A DNA stretch of 63,889 nucleotides, the filler included, from Klebsormidium nitens (lineage: Eukaryota; Plantae; Klebsormidiophyceae), in the NCBI GenBank assembly GCA_000708835.1. It is 6 parts of 6 records of this genome, joined end to end, with 100 filler letters (N's around TTAATTAATTAA, not from the genome) between each part and the next. Parts side by side here need not be neighbours in the genome. Positions count along the whole stretch, not along the records: positions 7,028 to 35,874 come from DF237797.1; 5 more parts are not named here. One strand, given 5' to 3'. Shown piece by piece: positions 23,938-34,433 of this stretch (positions are counted from its first letter, which is position 1; the number at the start of each line of letters is the position of its first letter). The position numbers and the translations under genes were made by a program. Below the pieces are notes generated by a model that saw only the letters and a program-made list of their open reading frames with translations, made no database searches and was not told the origin of the DNA.

Positions 23938-24318
23938 ATGCTGCTGGTGGGTGCAGGCCTCTTTGTCTTTCTTAGCCCAGTGATAAGCGTCCTCCAGCTG
24001 CTAGGGGTGCTGCTGGTCCTGGGGGGCATCTTGATCTACACGTCGGGGGACCTCAGGCTTGTCAGAGGCGTGCGCAAGAGGCTGCAGGGGCTGCCGGCCA
24101 GGATGGATGCAGCCACAGCGGCCCTCCGAGCGGCCGACGCGGCCAAGCAAGCGGCCGCGGCCGCTCAGAAAAAGACAACCGTCGAGTACCTGCCCTCATT
24201 GGACATGTTCTACAAAGGTGACAGCGTCGGTGCATACCTCTCTGACAACATGTTCCGGCTGGTTGATCCCCATCCTGGTAGCTCAGTAGGAGGTCAAGGT
24301 GTGAAAGTCAAAACTTGA
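23938..24318 (+). CDS. Small predicted membrane protein
   Basis: Two N-terminal hydrophobic segments; tightly packed between viral genes. Confidence 0.4.
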   Translation: MLLVGAGLFVFLSPVISVLQLLGVLLVLGGILIYTSGDLRLVRGVRKRLQGLPARMDAATAALRAADAAKQAAAAAQKKTTVEYLPSLDMFYKGDSVGAYLSDNMFRLVDPHPGSSVGGQGVKVKT

Positions 24319-24371
24319 GAGACTCCAATAGGCTTAGGAGAACGCGTTGGAAGAGTGAGGCAGCTATTTTC

Positions 24372-26795
24372 ATGACGTCTCCCATGGAGAGCCTCAGAGC
24401 CACAATCTTCGAGCTCGCAGACTGTGGCTTCTATGGCCTTCCAGTTAAAATCTCCATGGAGAACGGCAAGAAGAGATCAATTTTCCCCAGATCATGGGCC
24501 CATCTCACGAGCGTTGAGAAGTGGCAGCAAAGCATTGATAGCATCATCTGCTCCAGCACTCGTGGCTGCAACGGGATCGCAATCCTGACGGGAATAAGTG
24601 ATTGCTTTGTGCTGGACATAGACACAACTTCCGACTCGAAGAAGCGGTCAGGGATGGAACTTTGGAACCGTTTGGTTGCTGAGCACGGCGAGCCAGTGAC
24701 GCTGAGGGCAAAGACGGGGAGTGGCGGTCTCCATTACTACTTTTCGGCCTCCAACACGCCCCGTCTGAAGAAGACTCGCAACTTCGCAACCATAAAGTAC
24801 GAGGGGGAGACATACGGCATTGACGGACGCGGTGTGGGTGGTGTAGTCTTCTGCCCACCGAGCACTTACACGGACGAGGAGGGGAGGCTCTACGAGTACA
24901 CTTGGGACTTTGGGGAGCCCCGCCTAGGCTGCAATCCGATGCCGGACTGGTTGACCAGCCTGGTGAATGCTCAGGGGGGGCAGATTGCGCCGGCATTGCC
25001 CGACCCCGATCTGGCACTGCCCTCAGCTGCCCTCAGCATTGGGGCCCTGCAGGCAAGCCATCAGGGGCCCGCCCGTGCAGACCCTGTGCAATCGGGCGTA
25101 CTCCACGATGCCATCGCAAGGGAGATCAAGGAGCTGCTTTACGAGAGGGCGGGCGACAGCACGAGCCGGTGCACGACTACGATCGACCATGGCCCTTATG
25201 GCACCTTCTACTGCTTCCGGGTGCAAGGGCCCCGCACCTGCTTCTTCGGACAGGCCCACGACGGGTCCAACAATTATAGTGTTTTGAAACGCGGCAAGAA
25301 GCTCTTGTACCGGTGCCATGGGGCCACCTGCAGCAGAGAAAGGGTCAGGAGCCTCGGAGACCTCTCGCTAGAAGCGGCACTCTCGGATGCCGGCAGTGAG
25401 CCTGTCGACGAGTCTGCCGACGACACCGTGTTCAACTTCCGAGACATGAGCACGGACGAGCAGACCCTGCTGCTCAAGCTGGTGGCTGACAACATCCCCG
25501 AGAATTACACCGGGCTGGGGCGCATCTTCGGGTACATCTACGCCAAGGAGGGGCGGATCTTGGTCACAGATGCAAAGAAGTACTTTTACGTTTGGGCCGG
25601 CCAGAGGTGGGTCAGGGACGATGGCAACCGGGTGGTCAGCACCTTCTGCACGCAGATGGCGAGGCTGCTCAAGTGGTACGACAGGCAGCGGGAAGCCCTC
25701 ACGAAGAAGAAGCTCGTTGAGAGGGGGCTCTGCAGCGAGGATGAGGCGATCACCTCCGTGATTGCCACGATGAGGAAGAGGGCGGGGAAGGATCAGATCA
25801 AGGAAGTTGAGGACCTCGTGAGGACCTCGTTGATGCGGAGCTGCCAAGGAACAAGGTCAACGTGAGCAACCCAAAGGAGGCGCACGTATGCCTCACCTAC
25901 ACCATCAACCAGCTCTTTGAGCCTGACCTCCTCAGCTTCTTTGACCGCAACCTCGACATTGTGTGCGCCCCCAATGGCATCCTGGACCTGAGGACCGGGC
26001 GCCTCAGCGCTCCGCATCCGAGCCACATGTGCTCCCGGTCCGTGGGGACTCGCTACATGGGGCTTGATTACCTCACGAGCCGCTTCCACGCCTTCGTCAT
26101 GGACATCTTCAACTCTGAGCTCGAGGTAGTCGAGTGGATGCAGCTCTTCCTTGGCTACTGCCTCACAGGCCACACGCTGGAGGAGATGTTCTGTATTCTG
26201 TACGGTGTGGGGGCCAATGGCAAAGGGGCCCTCAAGCAGGCGCTCGCCAAAGCATTTGGCACGTACTACACGGTCATGAATAAGGACTGCTTCATCAAGC
26301 CGGGAGGCAAGAGGGCTGAGGGCGCGGCCACGAGCCACATCATGCAGCTCAAAGGGACCAGGTTCGCCGTCTGCGACGAGAGCGAAGAGAGGCAGCAGAT
26401 CAATGGAGCCCTGATCAAGGAGACCACCGGAGGTGGCGCAATGACTGCCCGCGACCTCTTCAGCAAGTCAGAGACCTTTGTGCCAACGCACAAGCCAGTC
26501 CTGCTCACCAATCACAAGCCGGACATTGCGGACGCAGACGAGGGCCTGCTTCGGAGGCTCTGTCTCGTGCCATTCGTGAACTGCTACAAGCCCGTTGGGG
26601 AGCTCGACCCCAACAACCCCCTTCACAAGCCGCAGGACAGCGCACTCAAGGACTTTCTCGAGTCCGAAGAGGGCGCGCGCCAGACTCTGGTATGGTGCGT
26701 CCGTGGGGCGATGGAATAGTATCGTAGGCGGGAACTCAACCCGTCCGCCAAGGTGCTTCAGCCCCTGCCCCGCACCCTGGCTGCAGCACTCACCG
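24372..26795 (+). pseudogene. D5: Bifunctional primase-polymerase (Prim-Pol) fused to D5-like SF3 helicase, copy 1
   Basis: Prim-Pol motifs 'NGIAILTG..VLDID', 'KTGSGGLHYYF', 'IDGRG'; D5 'NGILDLRTG', Walker A 'GVGANGKG'. Frameshift from an 11-bp tandem duplication (tgaggacctcg x2, 25808-25829); TAG at 26717 where Trp fits; coding cut at 26795 by TGTAACGG. Confidence 0.9.
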
Positions 26796-26840
26796 TGTAA
26801 CGGCACGACTGCGTCAGGTGACGCATGCACATGACGTACG
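26781..26840. repeat. Left junction: 39-bp direct repeat unit + 21-bp inverted repeat unit
   Basis: 26781-26819 matches 35809-35847 with 1 mismatch; 26820-26840 is the reverse complement of 35788-35808 with 1 mismatch. Confidence 0.88.
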
Positions 26841-26849
26841 CATGCGTCA

Positions 26850-27605
26850 CGTGCCGGGCTGTGGGGCTGCGTTTGCGAGGAGCGACAGTCTGACGTCCCA
26901 CAAGATTACTCACACGAGCTCTCGTTTGTTCAAGTGTGACTCCCCCGGCTGTGATGCGGCATTTAAGCACAATAGCGGTCTAACCCAGCACAAGCGCACT
27001 CACACGGGATCCCGCCCATACATGTGCACTTTCCCGGACTGTGGCCTCACATTTACCAGATCCTGTCACCTGAAGAAGCATACGTATTTCTATCGTATAC
27101 AGCTGAAGGGCAACAGTGCAGGAAGCTCAAAGAGGAGCGCATCAGTCAGCTCCTGACAACCTCAGGAATCGACTTCAAGAGGGAGCATCACATCGACTTT
27201 GGCTGTCTCCAGGGAACCTTTGCACGGCCAGACTTCATCATCCTGATGGGAGGCAAGGTGATCGTGGTAGAAGTGGACGAGTTCCAGCACGAGGCATATG
27301 GTGTTGCATGTGAGGTCTCGAGGATGCTGCGCATCTACGAGGCTTGGATGCTTGAGGGAAACGGCCTCCCCGTCCACTTCATCCGCTACAACCCTGACCC
27401 GTACCAAGTTGATGGGACAAGGAAGCGGGTCTTGAGGCGAGCTCGCGAGGCACGGTTGTTGGAAGCAATTCACGAAGCAAGCATGAGTACAAGGGATGGG
27501 CTTCAATTGCGCTACATGTACTACGATATCGAGGATGGTCAACCCGTGATTGTCCAAGACCCTGCTTTTACAATAGGGGACTGTTGTGTTGAGGCAATAG
27601 GGTGA
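26850..27605 (+). pseudogene. C2H2 zinc-finger array + PD-(D/E)xK nuclease (giant-virus type), 5' truncated, frameshifted
   Basis: Three fingers (..PGCGAAF..HKITH; FKCDSPGC..HKRTH; YMCTFPDC..HLKKH), frameshift ~27095, then 'KEERI..RPDF..VVEVDEFQH..CE..RM..FIRYNPD'. Confidence 0.75.
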
Positions 27606-27688
27606 TTTCACCGTTGGAGTAATACCATTACGTGGCGCCATGCGCTCGGGTGCACATCAAAATCATGATCATAGTCATATCACCATTG

Positions 27689-29362
27689 ATGACGAGACCG
27701 TTGTGCCTTGCTCTGGTCATTCTCTTCCTTACCCCCACGGCCCTTGCGACTGGCTATGGTGAAGCCCTGACAAAAGGGCTTCAGTTTTTTGATGCTCAAC
27801 GTTCTGGGAAGCTCCCAGCTGACAATCCAATTCCACGGCGAGGTGACTCATGCCTAAAGGACGGGGGTGATATTGGACTTGACCTCAGTCGCAGCTACTT
27901 CGATTCTGGAGATCACATGATATTCAGCCTTCCCCTATCCTTCACAATCACCATGATGGCCTACGGCCTGGTTGAGTACGGGAACATGTATGGTGCACAG
28001 AATGACAGGGCCATGGCAACCCTAAAATGGGGCACGGACTGGCTGATCCGAGCCCACCCCTCTCTGAATGAGTTCTATGTACAGGTAGGGGATGGCGATG
28101 CCGACCATGCTTGCTGGACAAGGCCTGAGGACATGGAAATCGCTCGACCAAGCTTCAAGGTGGATGTGGATCACCCTGGGTCAGAACCGGCTGCAGAGGC
28201 GGCAGCCGCTTTGGCAGCAGCCTCGATTGTATTTGAAGATGATCAAAACTACCAAAGGACCCTTTTGAGGCATGCAGAACAGCTGTTCCAATTTGCGGAC
28301 ACACAGAGAGGCGTCTACAGCGACTCTGTCCCTGCGGCTGCCAAATTCTACAAGAGCTACTCAGGCTATGGAGATGAACTTCTTTGGGCGGCTGCCTGGC
28401 TTCACAGGGCTACTTCAAAGGATTCCTACCTCTCATACGTCACCGGACCAGCATCAGATGACAGTAAACTGAAGTTTAAGGGATCGTCCACACAAGTCTC
28501 TTGGGATGACAAAATGGCAGCAGCTCACGTCCTTCTCAGCCGCCTTCTCCTGAAAGGTGCTAGCGCGCAGCAAAATGCCACGATGTTGCAGTACAAGCAG
28601 AACGCAGACACCTTTGCTTGCTTCTATCTGGACGGCGCGGCTCCCAAGACGCCAGCAGGTCTTCCCTGGTTTAGCAACTGGTCCCCACTGCAGTACGTCA
28701 CTACCAGCTCCTTCATGATTGCGGTCTATGCAGACTATTTGCGGGCTGCCAAGGCATCATTAAAGTGCCCGCGCTCCGCATACTCACCAGATGATATGCT
28801 TGCCTACAGCAAGCGGCAGGCAGACTACATACTTGGTTCGAACCCCATGGGGTTGAGCTACATGGTTGGATCTGGATCCAACTTCCCCCAACGAGTTCAT
28901 CATAGAGCGGCCTCCATCCCGCAGGATGGTAAGAAATATGCATGCGGGGAAGGTTTTCAATGGTTCCAAGTGCCGAGTCCCAACCCTCACGTGCTTGAGG
29001 GTGCAATTGTGGGTGGCCCTGATAAGGCTGATCGATATCAGGACGCTAGGACCAACTTTGAGCAGTCAGAACCTTCCACTTACACTGTGGCACCTTTCTT
29101 GGGGTTGCTGGCACGGTTGCAGGGAGGGAATGCATCGATCGAGAGCAGAGTTGGGATCCCAGCCTCACAGCCTTGGCCGTCCACGGCCTTTGGCACCTTG
29201 GCCCCTAGCCCGTCTGCTTTTAGTAAAGGGGCCTCTACAGAAGCACAGGCCACAGGCCGGGTGACCTTAGAGACTCCTGTCCCGTCAGCCAGTGCACCAG
29301 ATTCCCCGACATCTCCGTCTGCCGGGCCCATGACGTGTGAGTGTGACTGCGTCCCGTTCTGA
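27689..29362 (+). CDS. Glycoside hydrolase family 9 endo-1,4-beta-glucanase, plant type, intronless, with signal peptide and Ser/Pro/Thr-rich tail
   Basis: 'FFDAQRSGKLP', 'YFDSGD', 'LKWGTDW', 'VQVGD..DH.CW.RPEDM', 'DELLWAAAWL', 'WDDK', 'YILGSNP..SYMVG..HHR', 'GAIVGGPD..D.R..EQSEP'. Single 1.7-kb ORF. Confidence 0.95.
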   Translation: MTRPLCLALVILFLTPTALATGYGEALTKGLQFFDAQRSGKLPADNPIPRRGDSCLKDGGDIGLDLSRSYFDSGDHMIFSLPLSFTITMMAYGLVEYGNMYGAQNDRAMATLKWGTDWLIRAHPSLNEFYVQVGDGDADHACWTRPEDMEIARPSFKVDVDHPGSEPAAEAAAALAAASIVFEDDQNYQRTLLRHAEQLFQFADTQRGVYSDSVPAAAKFYKSYSGYGDELLWAAAWLHRATSKDSYLSYVTGPASDDSKLKFKGSSTQVSWDDKMAAAHVLLSRLLLKGASAQQNATMLQYKQNADTFACFYLDGAAPKTPAGLPWFSNWSPLQYVTTSSFMIAVYADYLRAAKASLKCPRSAYSPDDMLAYSKRQADYILGSNPMGLSYMVGSGSNFPQRVHHRAASIPQDGKKYACGEGFQWFQVPSPNPHVLEGAIVGGPDKADRYQDARTNFEQSEPSTYTVAPFLGLLARLQGGNASIESRVGIPASQPWPSTAFGTLAPSPSAFSKGASTEAQATGRVTLETPVPSASAPDSPTSPSAGPMTCECDCVPF

Positions 29363-29479
29363 ACCAAAGTGCTTCATTTGAAGTCTGTGTTGGAGGCCCG
29401 CAAAGCCAGTTCTTCTGTGACAGTCCGCTACTAAGACTCTCGAATCTGGCACAATCTCCCATTGGAGAAGCGTCTTCAG

Positions 29480-29629
29480 TTTCTCCACCCAATCTTGGAA
29501 GGCCTCAGCAAGAGGAAGCTTGGAGCTTCCAGCCAGTCTGTATAGGCCTGGTTCGTTGATGTAACGGGTCTTCAAAGATTCTAGAGGCTTGGCGGGTGTT
29601 TCCTGCGAGGCAACACCCGTTGTATCCAC
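29480..29629 (-). pseudogene. Bro-N domain fragment
   Basis: 'YINEPGLYRLAGSSKLPLAEAFQDWV' is the typical C-terminal half of Bro-N. Confidence 0.62.
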
Positions 29630-29729
29630 GGTTGAGGGAGATGTGAATGGCCACAGCTGGCTGCGTGTAGCCTAGCACTGCAACAACATCGTTAGCTCTG
29701 AAGTATCCTGCTTAGCTGTATGTAAGAGT

Positions 29730-31457
29730 ATGGAGACATTGAATGCTCTTGGATGCATCATCGCTCTGGCAGCAGTAGTGGTACTTGCTTCCTCGGTTAC
29801 CAGCAGGGCTGAATCCTTTGTGACTAAACCTCCAGCAGCTCCTCCTTCGAAGTCCCCTGCACCACCCCAAAAGGTAGCGGTCCCACTTCCAAAATCTGCA
29901 CCCGCACCTGCACCTCCACAGAAAGCCGCCTTGCCTCCTCCGCCTTCGAAGCAGATCGTGCCCCCACCTCCTCCGAGGCCAGTGCTGCCTCCGTCCCAAA
30001 AGCCTGTGGTGCCGCCACCACCTCCACCAAGATCAGTAGCGCCTCCCCCACGGCCTCCCGTGCTGCCGCCTTCTCAGGCCAAAGTGGCACCACCTGCCCC
30101 ATCGAAGGTCCTTGCCCCTCCACCTGCTTCAAAAATCCCTCCAAAAGCACAGCCACCCGCACCGCTGCCTATTGTCAAGCCACCTCTCCCACCACCAAAA
30201 GCGATCCCAGCTCTTCCCCCAAAGACCTCAGCACTTCCACCCCGAGTCCAGAGCGCACCGGCCACCATGCTGCCGCCCAAGGCTGTTGCAGCACCGCCGA
30301 AGCCATCAGCTCCGGTCCTCAAGGCAAGCCCGGCCCCGGTCAAGGCAAGCCCACTACCTGCTCCAAGAGTTCCCCCGCCAGTCTCAAAAGCCCCTATCCC
30401 AGTCAAGGCAAGCCCACTACCTGCTCCAAGAGTTCCCCCGCCAGCCTCAAAAACCCCTTTCCTAGTCAAGGCAAGCCCACTACCTGCTCCAAGAGTTCCC
30501 CCGCCAGTCAAGGCTCCACCCCAAAAGGCAATGGCAGCACCGCCAAAAGCCCCAGGTCCTGTCCTGAAAGCAAGCCCGGTTCCAGTCAAGGCTCCACTCC
30601 AAAAGGCAGTTACAGCAACTCCAAAGGCCCCGGGTCCTGTCCCGAAAGCAAGCCCGGTTCCAGTCAAGGCTCCACCCCAAAAGGCAGTTACAGCAACTCC
30701 AAAGACCCCAGGTCCTGTCCTGAAAGCAAGCGTCAAGGCTCCACTCCAAAAGGCAGTTACAGCAACTCCAGAGGCCCCAGGTCCTGTCCTGAAAGCAAGT
30801 CCCGTAGCAGTCAAAGCAAGCCCAACGCCTCTAAAAGTACCCCCGCAAATCTCGAGAGCCCCTGCCTCGGCCGTGCCTCCATCTGCAAGACCGGGCCCTC
30901 AGAAGCCCTCCCTTGCACCAGTCAAAGCCAAAGCACCAGCAATAACGTTGCAGCCTAAAGCTCCTCTGAAGGTAACACCCGCTGTGTCGAAAGCCCCAAC
31001 GCCAAAGGTCGCCCCTCCAACCGCACCCGCGAAGCCCTCATTCTTTGCATCTCTGTTTGGCACACCAAAGCCTTCGGCGCCACCTGCAGCACCGAAGCCA
31101 GCCCCAGCGCCTCCCGCGCTGCCAGGACCTCTCATGCCAGGCCCTCCAGGCCCACGGGTCCTCTCGGTGCCGAGCGCGCCCTCGAGACCCCCCCAGGCTC
31201 CTACTTCAGCCCCACCACAACCGGTAACCGGTCCATTAGTTCCGGTCACCCCCAGCACTGCTGTTTCCGCGCCGATCCCCATTCCGACCAGAGAGGTGAA
31301 CCGTGCTCCTAGACACCACATTCAGGCCATTGACGCGAGCGTGTTTGACTGCATGAAGGGCCCTGGTGGCACCTTCCACTGCAACGGGACTTACAGCCTT
31401 AGGGAGGTTGAGGCACCCTCCTTCGACAGACGGGAGCACCTCATCAGAGTTGTTTGA
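29730..31457 (+). CDS. Secreted Pro/Ala/Lys-rich extensin/AGP-like protein with a short Cys-containing C-terminal domain
   Basis: Hydrophobic signal peptide, ~500 aa of P/A/K/S repeats, C-terminus 'FDCMKGPGGTFHCNGTY'; 575-aa intronless ORF. Confidence 0.78.
   Translation: METLNALGCIIALAAVVVLASSVTSRAESFVTKPPAAPPSKSPAPPQKVAVPLPKSAPAPAPPQKAALPPPPSKQIVPPPPPRPVLPPSQKPVVPPPPPPRSVAPPPRPPVLPPSQAKVAPPAPSKVLAPPPASKIPPKAQPPAPLPIVKPPLPPPKAIPALPPKTSALPPRVQSAPATMLPPKAVAAPPKPSAPVLKASPAPVKASPLPAPRVPPPVSKAPIPVKASPLPAPRVPPPASKTPFLVKASPLPAPRVPPPVKAPPQKAMAAPPKAPGPVLKASPVPVKAPLQKAVTATPKAPGPVPKASPVPVKAPPQKAVTATPKTPGPVLKASVKAPLQKAVTATPEAPGPVLKASPVAVKASPTPLKVPPQISRAPASAVPPSARPGPQKPSLAPVKAKAPAITLQPKAPLKVTPAVSKAPTPKVAPPTAPAKPSFFASLFGTPKPSAPPAAPKPAPAPPALPGPLMPGPPGPRVLSVPSAPSRPPQAPTSAPPQPVTGPLVPVTPSTAVSAPIPIPTREVNRAPRHHIQAIDASVFDCMKGPGGTFHCNGTYSLREVEAPSFDRREHLIRVV
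30339..30800. repeat. Internal coding tandem repeats (63-bp x3, then ~78-bp x~4)
   Basis: VKASPLPAPRVPPP.. units, then VKAP(L/P)QKAVTATPKAPGPV(L/P)KAS.. units. Confidence 0.8.
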
Positions 31458-31508
31458 ACACGTCTCCTCACGTCGTGAAGACGCGCATTTTCTTCTCTAG
31501 TCTCATAC

Positions 31509-32282
31509 ATGGCCAACGAGGCCAAACGGGATATTCATGAGCTGTCCGCCGAGAGGGGGATCAACCGTGCAAACGTCGAGGCCATCCCGAACAAGAACAG
31601 GAGGCCCGGCTCGCCTCCCTTGCGCATCAGTGACCTCGATGAGTACATAACAGCCTTTACACACAAGAGTACCCTGAAGGACTACAAAGCCACTCATGGT
31701 TCAAACGAAAGGCTTGAACTCATGGGTGACTCTGTGCTCAATCTAGTAGTCACAAAGTACATATACGACCGATATCCGTCCTGCGACGAGGGGTTCATCA
31801 CACGTATAAGGACCAAGCTGGTCTGTGGCAGCGCCCTGTCGGCTTGGGCACTCGAGCTGGGGCTTCAAAACCACATCATGATGAACCGCAAGGCCATGGA
31901 TCAAGAATGGAACCTCAACCCCAGCAAGCTGGAGGACACCTTCGAGGCGCTCTTGGGGGGTTTGTTTGTTGACAAGGGCATAGCAGCGTGCAAAGACTTT
32001 GTGTACCCGATGCTCGACGCTATGGACTTTGACGAAGTGGAGAAGGATCTCAACCACAAGGATGTCCTGATGCGTCACATGCAGGCCGTTTGGTCAAATG
32101 CAATAGCGGCTGACGGTATTAACAGGGCTCAGTCGGACTACATGCCACAGTACACGGTGGCTGCGGCTTGTGGCCCGGACCACATGCGAGTATTCCACGT
32201 GAACGTGAGCATAGGGCACGTCTTCATGGGTATGGGAAGCGACATGAAGAAGAAAGCCGCCGAGCAGGAGGCGGCCCGGTAG
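31509..32282 (+). CDS. rnc: Ribonuclease III (NCLDV type); stop in the last dsRBD helix is probably premature
   Basis: 'SNERLELMGDSVL', 'EGFITRIRTKLV', 'LEDTFEALLG', dsRBD 'G.GSDMKKKAAEQEAAR' then TAG, followed in frame by ALIRIT... Confidence 0.92.
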   Translation: MANEAKRDIHELSAERGINRANVEAIPNKNRRPGSPPLRISDLDEYITAFTHKSTLKDYKATHGSNERLELMGDSVLNLVVTKYIYDRYPSCDEGFITRIRTKLVCGSALSAWALELGLQNHIMMNRKAMDQEWNLNPSKLEDTFEALLGGLFVDKGIAACKDFVYPMLDAMDFDEVEKDLNHKDVLMRHMQAVWSNAIAADGINRAQSDYMPQYTVAAACGPDHMRVFHVNVSIGHVFMGMGSDMKKKAAEQEAAR

Positions 32283-32446
32283 GCCCTCATTCGGATCACA
32301 AACAACGGCACCCTGCCCGTCTATAGCAGCAAGCAAACCATGTATGTCCCTCACATCGGCCCTGCAGGTCACTCTTCTCCAACGTGAGGAACGGAGTGTA
32401 CGTAACGTTTGACCGTTTCTTTTCCATCTTTTGAAGGAGGGTCCCA

Positions 32447-33223
32447 ATGTCTTCAGGCGACTTCAACATCAAAAAGTTTGACCTGCAGAAGCTCAAGGAC
32501 CATAAGACTCTGGTCGTGATAGGCAGAAGAGGCACGGGCAAGACGACGCTCATCACCGACCTCCTTTACCACAAAAGGAAGATACCAGCTGGCATTGTCG
32601 TCAGTGGAACCGAAGAGGGAAACGGATACTACCGTCAGTTTGTTCCAGACTCGTTCATTTACAACACGTACGATGAGGAGATTGTGAAACGCTTGATTGC
32701 AAGACAGAAGAATCTGAAGAAGCTGGGTGCCAAGGATGCGGACTGCTTCCTGCTCCTCGATAATTGCCTCTTCAAGCCCAGCATCATGAAGAGTGACACG
32801 ATGCGGTTCCTATTCATGAACGGGCGTCACTTTTCGCTGATGGTCATCCTTGCGGCGCAATGGATCATGGACATCCCATCAGCTGTTCGTGCAAACACTG
32901 ACTATGTCTTCATCTTCAATGATCCGATCCTTAACAATCGAAAACGCTTCTATGAACATTACTTTGGTGTCTTCAAATCCTTTGCGCAGTTTGAGGCAGT
33001 CTACAAGGCGTGCACTTCGGAGTTCGAGTGCATGGTGTTGGATAACACAATCCAGAGCAGTGACCCGCAGGACTGTGTGTTCTGGTACAAGTCTGAAGTG
33101 CACAAGCCATTCAAGATAGGCGCGCCTGAATACTGGTCTTGGCACAAGAAGAGCTTCAACACAGAAGAGGATGACGCGACTGTCACGACAGTGAACGGTG
33201 TGAAGGTGCGGAAGTCAAAGTGA
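32447..33223 (+). CDS. A32: Virion DNA-packaging ATPase (poxvirus A32-like)
   Basis: 'IGRRGTGKT', 'LLLDNC' (usually LDDC), 'FMNGRH', 'RANTDYVF', 'C.VLDN', 'VFWYK'. Confidence 0.95.
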   Translation: MSSGDFNIKKFDLQKLKDHKTLVVIGRRGTGKTTLITDLLYHKRKIPAGIVVSGTEEGNGYYRQFVPDSFIYNTYDEEIVKRLIARQKNLKKLGAKDADCFLLLDNCLFKPSIMKSDTMRFLFMNGRHFSLMVILAAQWIMDIPSAVRANTDYVFIFNDPILNNRKRFYEHYFGVFKSFAQFEAVYKACTSEFECMVLDNTIQSSDPQDCVFWYKSEVHKPFKIGAPEYWSWHKKSFNTEEDDATVTTVNGVKVRKSK

Positions 33224-33725
33224 GATCACGCCGATGTCCCACTGCTCTCGATCCATCTGGCAATTCTATCTCTATTGCAACGCTAGGCGTTGCGACGCTA
33301 GGCGCTGCAACAGGCTGCTTCGTATCTTCTATGTGAACTCTAGGCAGTTCGACAACTCGTTCTGCATGGGCCAAACTTGGACCACAATGTACACTCTGTA
33401 TGATTGTTGCCACTAGAACCAAGATATCGAAAGAGCCTAATGCTATGCAACCGTACACAAAGACTCTGTCTGGGTGCCGGAATGCAGCCTCTGTCACAAA
33501 ACCTATTACCGAGAGCAGGAGTTTCCTGCAACCGAATCTGATATCCGGGTTGTCCGCCGAACAGTCCCAGGAAGCGGCAAACACAAAGTAGAGAACGTTT
33601 AGGATGATGGGTACAGCATATGATACTGGAACCTCACTCCCTAAAGCTGACACCCCAGCGATTAGGGCGCATGCTACGAGCGACTCTAGCACGTTAAGTA
33701 CAACCACTAACCTCATTCTGCACAC
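33183..33725 (-). CDS. Hypothetical multi-pass membrane protein
   Basis: 180-aa ORF with ~4 hydrophobic segments, convergent with and overlapping the A32 end by 41 bp. Confidence 0.4.
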   Translation of the reverse strand: MCRMRLVVVLNVLESLVACALIAGVSALGSEVPVSYAVPIILNVLYFVFAASWDCSADNPDIRFGCRKLLLSVIGFVTEAAFRHPDRVFVYGCIALGSFDILVLVATIIQSVHCGPSLAHAERVVELPRVHIEDTKQPVAAPSVATPSVAIEIELPDGSRAVGHRRDLTLTSAPSHRSLS

Positions 33726-34433
33726 TTCCTACCTACTCCTAACGTGTTCCCCTTACAGCATGTTTCAATGTAATTGGCAAGCCAGGTAGCTCTCTGATAC
33801 ACCTCCACGAGAGTGGTTTCTGAGCTCATCGCTCGTGTCAAGAGCGCAATGCAATCTACCTAGAGGTCTTCGCACTTGTTGCAGACGTCGTTGTGCTCTG
33901 GCAGATTACACACCTTGCACGACATGGCCGAAATCATAACAATCGACTGAGCTTGTGCTTTCTTGCCCAGAGCCCTATGGCCCCTAGGGCGCCATAAGGC
34001 GCCTTTGGGGATCTAGTAGTTTGCCTTTCCGCCTTGAACCTCACTCTGCATGGGGCTCCGAAGGGAAGACAGCCCGAGATTTTCTCTTACCGGCTTCCGA
34101 AAAACTCTCTTAGGGTTTTCCGCAACTTGCGGAGACCTGATAAGAGCTCGTCTAAGCGACCTAGTAGGTTGCCCCGAGATTTTCTCGCCCGGAAATCCGA
34201 GAACCCTCTAAGGGGTCCTTTTGGAACATTTTAGTTCTCACCAGATATTAATGCCTCCCTTGCTTGCCCCTCCAATGTCAAAACGCCAACAGACCGCCAA
34301 AAAGGTCTGCCATCCCAATGGCGACGCAGACTATGTCGCACGCGCCAATGGCTGCCGGTTCATGCCAAAGGTTGCAGAAAAGTAGGGGGAATTGCACCAA
34401 AGCTCGAGATGGTCACCCACCAGATCCAACAAG

